The notes under the pieces: generated by a model
The model's database searches: none
The model's input: only the letters and a program-made list of their open reading frames with translations
Told to the model about the DNA's origin: nothing
Translations under genes and position numbers: made by a program
Source: Bispira polyomma
Taxonomy: Eukaryota
Length of the DNA: 64,000 nucleotides
NCBI GenBank assembly: GCA_965649765.1
Contig: OZ287758.1
Span: 19,716,001 to 19,780,000 of the forward strand
Reading direction: 5' to 3'
In this document: one piece after another, positions 49,431 through 59,229 of the stretch
How positions within the stretch are numbered: the stretch's first letter is position 1
Layout of the letters: every line of letters begins with the position of its first letter

Positions 49431-51900
49431 TAGTATATGGGTACTCCCTTCATTCTAACCCTTCCCACGGGGACATCACTCGAAATGTGGTCAAATTAGG
49501 CAAAGAAGCACTGTTGTATAAGACATTAGTCATGCTTTAAGGCATGTAAAGATTGATCCGGCCGACTATGACTTGCTAGGTTTACAACTTAATAATTACT
49601 ACATTGATACGTATCTTTCGTTTGGTTATCGCCACAGAAGTGCCATCTTTTAAAGGGCCACTGATGCTATGTGGTTTATTATGACGTCACAAGGTCATAA
49701 ATTATATCTATGACATCATTGGTTACAGCCTTTCCTCTACAATTTCTGGTTCATTTGATAAATTAAAAGAAGTGTTTCAAAAATTAGGCTTTGCTATCAA
49801 TCAGAAAAAGGTAGTACCTCCTAGTACCAAAGTAGTATGCTTAGGTGTTTCAGTGAACCCTGAGGATTTCACAGTGTCTACCAGAAGTACTAAACTCGCT
49901 GAAATAAAGCAAATAAGTCAAAGCTGGGTTAATAAGAAATGCTGCACCAAACGACAGCTGCAATCATTGCTCGGCTGATTATTATATACCTCGAAATGCA
50001 TCAGAACTTCCTGAGCATACCTGAACAGGATGTTAGACACCCTTAGGAGTTCACAAACGCTCAGTAGATTAAGCTCGACATTATATTTCACCAGGATTTA
50101 AACTGGTTCAATTCCTTTTCTCACAAGCATTAATGGCATGGCCTTTTTTAAGTGCAGACCAGTAACGGATTAAGTACACTTAAACGCATGTTTACAGGGC
50201 CTAGGTGCATGCTGCAACAACCAAATTTATGCCAAAGAAATCCCGCTCGGATATAGAAACTATACAATTGCTCATCTTGAGATGATAAATATTTTAGTGG
50301 CGATTTGAGTCTGGAAAAATCAATGGTCAAGACGAAAATTACTCATACATTGTTATAACCAGGCTGTTGTCTGAATATTTAATTCAGCAAAAACCTATGA
50401 CCTCACTCTTGCAGCAATGACTAGAAATATATTAATGGAAGCTGCCAAAGCATATATTGAGTTAAGAACGGTTCACATCCCAGACAAACGAAAGGTTACA
50501 GCAGATTTACTCAGCAGGTGGGCTATTACGCCCAACAATAACACAAAGTTAATTGATTTAATGCAAATCCCACTTGGTTACAGGTCAATGATGACCTTCT
50601 AGAAATAAATTGGTCAATCTGGGTCTAACATTTTTCAGGCTGTCAAAGCTAGCAGACAGAGCAGCCAGTAGAGCTCACCAGGCTTTCCGTCCCTCTACAT
50701 AAAAAGCATATACAGCCATGTTTAGAGTATTCTTAGCATACTATTGCTTTACCAATATTTGCATTCATAACATCACATCAACATCAATTCTAGCTTTCCT
50801 TGAGGATTTTGTAGTTAACATAACACTTCACACACCTCGGTTGCAAGTTACCTTGCTGCAATAAAGGCTAATATGTCACTGTATGGTCTGCAGGTTCTTT
50901 CCTTTTCGGATTAAAGAATCAAATATTTTCAAAAAGCCCTTATCTTACAAAAACCCTTCAGAGCCAAAATAAATGGCATCATAGACATTGAATTACTACC
51001 AAACATAGTCCTAGTCCTACTCCATGTATATAGGGCAAATATATAAAGCAACCTACCTTCTTGCCTTTTTCTCGTTTCTGCGAATCTACAACCTAGTCCC
51101 ACATTCTTAAGCTACATACTCACCTTTGCACGAGCTAGCTAGGGCTGGCATCATTTTCGCCCCTATGGGTACTCACATAGTCATAAAATGGACAAAAACC
51201 TTGCAGTCAAGAAATACTATTAAAGTCATTAAGATTCCCTCATTGCAAAATAAGACTATTTGAGCTGTTGCAGCTCTCGAAACTTTGCTAGCAATTACAC
51301 TAGGTAACAAAAATACCCCACTTTTTCAAATTAAATGATACTCCCATTGGGTAACATTAACAAATAGCAAAATCTGAAGAAATCTTAAAGACATTTTAAG
51401 CAGATTAAACAATATTACCTTTCATACTTTTCATCAATCTGGGGCGACATTGACCTTTAACGCCCATGTTCCCCTCCAAGACATTCAGAGACAAGGCATC
51501 TGGTATTTTGAATGTGTGTAGATATATATCACCTAAGACCATTCAGCCTCTGACCAGGTAGCTCTAGCTCTCAAATCCATTTTTAACCCTTCTGCTACTT
51601 CCAAGTTGGGCCTTGATGGTTATTGTCTCTTTTATTATATTTTTATCTACTTAAGGCCCCCTTATAGTGTAAAACATTTCGTAACCTTAACTAGATTAGA
51701 TGTAAGGCTAAGGTCACTCTCAGTCATGTAATTCGTTAAGGTTACCTTAATTTATGGCAAACTTAAATTTAAAGTTATGTTAACCTTAAACTTTATGTTA
51801 CGTTAACCTTAAAGTTGATGTAAAGTCCCACTTAATGTGAACTTAGACTAAGTTCCCTAAATCTCATTAAAGTGGCCTTATTTACATTTAAATAAAGTTT
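49430..51900 (+). mobile_element. DIRS/Ngaro-type element, 3' part (RT, RNase H, YR; many stops)
   Basis: KIDPADYDLLG, KKVVPPSTKVVCLG, LQSLLG, AHLEMINI, ADLLSRW, AFRPST, FFSFLRI, WTKTLQ and TFHTFHQSGAT. Confidence 0.88.
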
Positions 51901-52533
51901 TAACCAGTTACATATATATGTGTAGTGCTAAATTAAAAATATTATCCCAACAGCTCGTCTTATTTAAGGTCAATACATCAAACTCAAGGTCAGGGTACTG
52001 TCGCTCACATCTACAATGTTGTAAAACAAAACTAGACATGTTTCTTATCCATCTTCTTATCAAAAATTACTTTATAGATACATCCATATATCAAAATAAT
52101 TACATCCGAAAGATTTTAAATATCTAAAAATACAAGTACTTGTAAGGTCAACCCTAGTTGTCCAAGGCTGATGTTGTACATGGTTGACATTCACATGAAA
52201 AATTGATCTTTTGCTAATTTTAGCCAGAGTAATTGTTTTATTGTAAACAAAGTTTTTTTAAGTAGGACACTTCACACATTACAATACCTTATACATTTTT
52301 TTATGTTTCGTAGCTGTAGGGCAGAATAAATATTGACAAGGAACCATTTTATTGTTTCATTATACCAGATAATTTATTGAATTCATCAAATAGGAACAGG
52401 AAAAATGTAAGCCTTATAATACAAAGACTTAAAGAAATGAGTAACACTCAGAGCACAGGCAACACTTGGCCACACAGAAGGGACACATCGTGAAAGGATA
52501 TCAGTAAATTTGGGATAGCTGTTAACTGCTCCA

Positions 52534-52539
52534 TATAAA
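52534..52539 (+). promoter_or_regulatory. Candidate TATA box of C1q-domain gene 1
   Basis: TATAAA about 65 bp upstream of the ATG at 52602. Confidence 0.4.
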
Positions 52540-52601
52540 CTAACTTACTTAAAACAATTAAAGGTGATAAGGTCTTTTATTAAAAGAGTGACTAAGACCA
52601 G

Positions 52602-52928
52602 ATGATAAAGATGAGAGTTGTTTGTGTCTTGCTTCACTTGGCTGTACTGGTATGCGATGTTGAGTGCGTTGTCTATCGGAATGGTTCCACCACACTGTGT
52701 AACAACACAGATATAGCCACAGTGCTGACAGCAGTGGAGGGTCTGAGGGCAATAGTGTACAACCAAGTACACAGTGTGACAGACAATCCCCAACACATGG
52801 ACACTGACCTCACATCTAACCTCACCCACATTCTGACTGTTGTAGATACAGTAAAGGTGACCATAAATAGTGAGGTCCAGACACTGAAGGAACAGCTATC
52901 ATCTCTGCAGGCTACTCTACAGAGTCAG
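52602..52928 (+). CDS. C1q-domain gene 1, exon 1 (signal peptide and start of coiled coil)
   Basis: MRVVCVLLHLAVLVCDVEC signal-like N-terminus, heptad-like VQTLKEQLSSLQATLQSQ and CAG|GTATAA donor. Confidence 0.85.
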
Positions 52929-53397
52929 GTATAACCGACACAATGTGATAGTCTTAAAGAGTGGCTTCCTTCCAATTAGTCAAGTTTTAACGATTCTTTT
53001 ATAATGTATACAACGCCCAAAGGGACATTAACATATGTAAAACAACCTATATTTATTGTTCACAAAAGAATGGAATGGTTGAATAAATCATTACTTCTTT
53101 TAAAGGATGTTTTGGGTTCGTTTTGTTTGTTTGTGCGCCAGATTACATAAAAATCACTGATTTAGATTGATAGAAGGAAGAAGCAAAAGAATCCATTAGG
53201 GTTTGGAGTTGATCTAAGTAGAAGGATGGATCCTTGTGACCCAAAGATAAAGAGAGAGGGAGAAATTGTTCTTTGAACAAGTTGATCAAGTTAATACCTC
53301 TTTTGTAACTTTTTACAGCAAGTTGGACAAGTCAGAGGGTAATAAGTAACCCGCTACAGATCGTACTTTGTTGTTACAAATCTGCTTTACATTTCAG

Positions 53398-53491
53398 ATT
53401 GATCCAATGACATCTAGACTACAAACCTTAGAGCAGACACTGGTAGATGTAAGCTCTAAAGTTCAACACCTTGAAGCTTCAGGTGTCACAA
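53398..53491 (+). CDS. C1q-domain gene 1, exon 2 (coiled coil)
   Basis: ATTTCAG acceptor, phase 0: IDPMTSRLQTLEQTLVDVSSKVQHLEASG. Phase-1 donor at 53492 (or 53483). Confidence 0.78.
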
Positions 53492-53838
53492 GTACGAATT
53501 TCTTTTGAAGCGCACATTAATATGACTTCATGGGTATCATATTAGTTTTTTTGAACTAGAGAAACTTATTACAGTTCAATTATTTTTGTATGTAAACATA
53601 TCTAGGTATCTGTTCATTATTTCACACATGTCATCAACCATGTGCAATACATAAATGTTAAAACATGCAAATGAAAAGCAGATTGGTATCCATATAACAT
53701 ATTATAATTGCGTATGATTCACTCAAAAGTATTGCGATTAATTACTTGCCATAGCAAATTGTACTTGAACCATAATTAACCCCGAACCTACTTTGCAGGT
53801 GTATGTATTGCAGGAAGTCTCATACTTTTATTTACTAG

Positions 53839-54290
53839 GCCAGCCCACACCAGCACCAGCTGTGATAGGCTTTACAGCTTACCTGACAGGGGCCACCTAC
53901 AGACCAGATCCAGGCTCTGTTATACCTTTTGATGGTGTAGAATTCAACCATGGCAACCACTACAGCACAGCCACCAGTAAGTTCACCTGTCCAGTCTATG
54001 GCATGTACTTCTTCACATTCATGCTCTATTCAAATGAAATGAAGGCAACCAATTTTGTGGTCAGCACAACAGAAGCCTCTGTTATGAGGGATGGCTTTAG
54101 GCTGGTCCAAACCTGTTGTGAAAATAAGATCAGTGGAATCATCCGTCAAATGTGTGGGAACAGCGTGGTGACAGAGTGTGATACCGGTCAGAAAGTGTGG
54201 ATAGAGACCAACTGGTCCTACAACAAGATCTATGGGGAGGCAGATTGGAGGGAGACTGTCTTCAGTGGGTTCCTGGTACAGACTCTATAG
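53839..54290 (+). CDS. C1q-domain gene 1, exon 3 (globular C1q domain)
   Basis: GFTAYL..VIPFD.V.FN.GNHY....KFTCPVYGMYFF..GQKVWI..VFSGFLV*, with a TTTACTAG phase-1 acceptor. Confidence 0.93.
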
Positions 54291-55045
54291 ACAGATATTT
54301 ACTTCTATGGCTGGTTGTAAAGGAGACACAGACATTCCTTGTACAGACTCAAAAAACAGATATTTACTTCTATGGCTGGTTGTAAAGGAAACACAGACAT
54401 TCCTTGTACAGACTCAAAAGATAGATATTTACTTCTGTGACTGGTTGTAAGGGACACACAGACATTCCTGATACAGACTCTATAGGCAGATATTTACTTC
54501 TATGACTGGTTGTAAAGGAGACACAGACATTTCTTGTACAGACTCAAAAGACAGATATTTACTTCTGTGACTGGTTGCAAGGGACACACAGACATTCCTG
54601 ATACAGACTCTATAGACAGATATTTACTTCTATGACTGGCTGTAAAGGAGACACAGACATTTCTTGTACAGACTCAAAAGACAGATATTTACTTCTGTGA
54701 CTGGTTGTAAGGGACACACAGACATTCCTGATACAGACTCTATAGACAGATATTTACTTCTATGACTGGTTGTAAAGGAGACACAGACATTTCTTGTACA
54801 GACTCAAAAGACAGATATCTACTTCTATGACTGGTTGTAAAGGAGACACAGACATTCCTGGTACAGACTCTATAGACAGATATTTACTTTTATGACTGGT
54901 TGTAAAGGAGACACAGACATTCCTTGTACAGACTCTATAGACAGATATTTACTTCTATGACTGGTTGTAAAGGATACAAACAATAATGATACGACGTCTG
55001 TAGACAGATTTACTTCTTTGATTGGTGGTAAAGGATACAAACATT
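54265..55045 (+). repeat. 65-bp minisatellite, about 12 copies, overlapping the C1q stop codon
   Basis: Unit ACAGATATTTACTTCTATGACTGGTTGTAAAGGAGACACAGACATTCCTGGTACAGACTCTATAG. Confidence 0.96.
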
Positions 55046-55363
55046 TTTTACTGTTGTGAGTTAATTGATAATAGAAAGGGTTCTAACATTTCGGATTGCA
55101 TTTAAGCTTTCTTTAAGCTTGACAGATACAAATATTGATAAACATAACAAAATATGTATTGCAATATGTTAATAGTGTATGTTGTAATAGGAATTACAGT
55201 CTCCTACGTTTAATAAATTTTGCCCTGTATAATTTTGTTACGCGACAGCATGCAAACCATGTGAATATGGCTGGAACAAACTGGTGAAAAATCATAAAAT
55301 AAAAAATTAGAGTTGGAAAATTGGTTCCCGTGAGTAGTAGAGATAGCACTGGATTGTACAGCT

Positions 55364-56654
55364 TATACTGGCCAGTAGAGCAGTACCTTAGGTGCAGTCA
55401 GCAATCGGTTGTGAAAGTGATATCTGGTGTAGACACAACCATAGAAATAAGATAGAGGTGACCCCAAATGTTTAGTGCTCAGTGCTAAGACAAATACACA
55501 ATTGGGTGCCAAACAAGGGTAGTTTCAGTTAGTGGGACAACAGAAGATGTGTAGCTGATTCCATCCGAGATATAAAGATAGATCCAGGTCCCAACTGTGA
55601 TACAGACAGTGCAATACAGCAGGTTATTTCTCTCAGCCAGGCACTTTAAAGAGTTACAGAATATTAACTTGTAGTTAACACAGGTAGATGCCTTGGAATT
55701 ATGTAGTACTTCCTCAGTTTTATTGGATCCTGTTGCTTAAGATGAGCTTTTACTAAGGTTAGATTCACATGCAGCAGATATTAATGCTTCGGTGTGACAT
55801 TAAAACACAACAGCTGTCAATTAGAAGGGAGAGACAAGTATGTGCAACTAAAGAACAACAAAGGACCACTTAAGTCTGATCATTAATTGGGAGTGTGTGT
55901 GGGGGGAACAATGTACTTATTATGTTTATTATTATAATAATCAAGTTTGTAATCATTCCAAAACGTTTTGAAGTAGACCTTGTATGGTCAGTGCCGAAGG
56001 AGTCAATTTTTCAAAAATCAACAATTAAGGCTAATGTGTGTAGAGATGCACTTCTCAAGTAACACTCCTTACAAGCTGGTATTTTGCAGTAAATATCAAA
56101 CTGGTACTTCTACTTTTAAAATCTGATCACAAAGCAGATTTGTCCACTTAGAAGCACAAACAAGTATAACCTTGAGGGCTATCTTACAGTTTGCCCAGAC
56201 TTTAAAAGGTTGGTTCAATGAAGATCACTAATGTGGTATAAGAGAACATATAATAAAACTAGTCATTTGAGAATTTATTTCTGTACGAAGTTGAATGGAA
56301 AAGTTTTTTTATAAAATAAAACATTATTTGAAATACTCATTTGGGATTTTATTTTAAAAGACCACATCTTCTAAAACAATGAAATCATTTTTACCAATGT
56401 TGTATTTGTCTATTTTTTGTTCATAGGACTGACTCAGTGTACTACTATACTGGTCAGTAGAGCAATACCTTAGGTGCAGTCAGCAATCGGTTGTGAAAGT
56501 GAAATTTAGTGTAGACACAACCATAGAAATAAGATGGAGGTGACCCCAAATGTTTAGTGCTCAGTGCTAAGACAAATACTTACACAATTGGGTGCCAGAC
56601 AAGGGTAGTTCCAGTTAGTGGGACAACAGAAGATGTGTAGCTGATTCCATCCGA
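55364..56654 (+). repeat. Direct repeat pair of about 205 bp (55364-55568 and 56446-56654)
   Basis: TATACTGG.CAGTAGAGCA.TACCTTAGG...GCTGATTCCATCCGA occurs twice. Confidence 0.92.
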
Positions 56655-57014
56655 CTGACTGACTCAGTGTGCTACTAAAGTACGCACCACATCCAAAAGT
56701 TTGACGAATAATCAGCCTATATAAGTTACTAGCTAATCGAATTATGCAAAATACATTGTTTAGCTACTTTTTCTCTATGCAACGACATGACAAAGTTTCT
56801 GATAGCGTTTGATGTTTAGCTAAGTAGATACCTTTTGTCCTGTTATACAATGGTTTCAGAGGTGTACATATATAGCTTAGCGAATATAGATTTAGATTAG
56901 ATTTATAGATTATTGCATACTTAATGTGTATTTTAATGAATAATAAGTCTGAAACTCACAAATTATTTGGAATTGTTCGTAGCTTGCAGGAAGTAAGATG
57001 TCAAGTTATTTTTG

Positions 57015-57430
57015 AATGTGCTACAACCTAATGTATCAATTACTGGGCTGAGGGTCTTCGCCCGGGCCAATACCTAACCCAATAGTTTAAGTGTGCTACA
57101 ATCTAATGTATCAATTATAGGAGTGAGGGACTTCACCCGGCCAATACCTAACCCAATAGTTTAAGTGTGCTACAATCTAATGTATCAATTATAAGACTGA
57201 GGGTCTTCACCAATACCTAACCCAATAGTTGAGGTGTGCTACAACCTAATGTATTAATTATAGGAGTGAGGGTCTTCACCTGGTCGATACCTAACCCAAA
57301 AGTTGAGGTGTGCTACAACCTAATATATCAATTATAAGATTTACGGACTTCACCTGGTCAATACCTAACCGAATTGTTTAGATATGCCACAACATAATGT
57401 ATCAATTATAAGACTATGGATCTTCACATA
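57015..57430 (+). repeat. About 74-bp minisatellite, 5-6 copies
   Basis: GTGTGCTACAA.CTAATGTATCAATTATA..CTTCACC..AATACCTAACCCAATAGTT. Confidence 0.92.
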
Positions 57431-57847
57431 CCTCATCCGATGCAGTCCAATCCGATCTGTGACGTTTTTTTGTGGGATCAGATGGGGGGGGGGAGGATAT
57501 TTTAAATATAGTGGATTACAAAGATCAAGAGGTAATATAGTCTATCAACCTATTGTAATCCATTTCCATAATATATCCAATCAAGAATATTCAGGCCCAG
57601 GACACCAAAGTAGAAATTTGTATAATATCCAATTAAGAATATGCTGGCCCATGACATCCAATTGGTAATTTTAACCCAAACTCAATCAAAAGGACCCCTA
57701 CATATAGCCAGTAAAATTTGAATTTTAAAACACAAATGCACTTTCAGATTTTAGGATGTCTGCCCCCAAACTTAATTAGTTTGGGAGTCGGTTAGCAAGA
57801 CCCTTTAAGCCACCGGCCTGCGGCAAGTACGCGATAAACTTTTCCAG

Positions 57848-57918
57848 GAATGGCCAGGAATCCAACCTACATTGTCAGACGCAGATAGATTTAATCACTA
57901 GGCCACCACAGCCGCTCT
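57848..57918 (-). mobile_element. Degenerate tRNA-derived SINE head
   Basis: Minus strand GTGGCCTAGTGATT (A box) and GGTTGGATTCC (B box). Confidence 0.45.
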
Positions 57919-58367
57919 TTATGCAATAGCTCACTGATCCAAAGCATCCACAACATAAAGGCAGCAGATGAAGGAGTGGTGAACATGTTATTTGACAGAT
58001 ATGTGTGTATTATTTACTTGTTAATAGAAACGATTTGTTGGACGCAATCAGTAAAAATGTTTTATAACCCTCTCTTTGATCTGTTGCAGAAATCTTCCAA
58101 AAAGATCCAGCTTAAATTACATATCACATGAAGGTTTAGCTAAATGTGCAATTTACCACAAAAAAACACTGAAGCAATAGACTAAAAAATACGAGCGAGC
58201 TATAACAATATTTATTCTAGATAAACACAGATGTGAGATCTCACAGTAATTACATACTGATAAGGGTTACAAATGCAAACTCGTGTGTCAATATTTCATC
58301 TATCAATATAATGTGTTATGAAAACAGTCGTTCTTATTGAAACCGTTTACTTGAAAGCAGTCAGAGA

Positions 58368-58409
58368 ATGAAATCTATCCTGGGGCTGCTCTTGTGTTTA
58401 CTGCATGGT
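58368..58409 (+). CDS. C1q-domain gene 2, exon 1 (signal peptide)
   Basis: MKSILGLLLCLLHG. A donor at 58408 (phase 1) joins 62620 directly to give MKSILGLLLCLLHGYAQS; a donor at 58410 (GTAAGG, phase 0) would need a mini-exon near 58775. Confidence 0.6.
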
Positions 58410-58904
58410 GTAAGGAGTTTCCCTTTAAAAACAAGTTTGTTGTCTATTCCACATCATTGATGCTTTATTGTAGTCTATCAGGCTAACAAGAATGTCAGAA
58501 TTATTTATATACATCTGTATTTGTTCCGAATTTTTGTTTAAATATTAAGAAAATTTTTTTATTTATTTTTTGTATGTTTTAATTTAATTACAAGTGTGAT
58601 TTTGCTTTTACATTTAAAATGTAAAAATGTCTTACATGGTAAAATTTTCGAGTAAAGTATATTATTTCAAATCCACTAATGCAAAATATTGTAAATTTAT
58701 CAATAAAAAATCTGACGCATGTTTGCCATTGATTCTAATAATTTGAATGAAAAAGTAACAAAATTTATTTACAGCATGCAACCAAGCAACTGACAGGTGG
58801 TGATGGGGCTGGTGAGGTTGGATGGGCCCTGGCCAAGTTTCAGATTCAGCTGTTTACACTGAATGAAAAAATAGCCAGATAAGACGAAGAAATAGAGACA
58901 CTTA

Positions 58905-59229
58905 GACATAGGCTGGCATCAAGTAAGGATACAGGGTGTATTTAATATAGAATAGAATTACAGGCTAAAACCAGTTAAATACTTAAAGACATTCAGAGAG
59001 GGGCTGGCATCAAGTAAAGATACAGGATGTACTTAATATAGAATAGAAGTACATGCTAAAACCAACCAAACACTTAAAGACACTCAGACAGGGGCTGATA
59101 TCAAGTTAGGATACAGGAATACAGGATGTACTTAATATAGAATAGAATTACAGGCTAAAACCAGTCAAACACTTAAAGACACTCAGACAGGGGCTGACAT
59201 AAAGTAAGGATACAGGATGTACTGTATAT
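58905..59229 (+). repeat. About 91-bp tandem repeat, interrupted by a LINE and resuming at 62388
   Basis: GGCTGGCATCAAGTAAGGATACAGG..TAATATAGAATAGAATTACAGGCTAAAACCAG units on both sides of the LINE. Confidence 0.9.
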
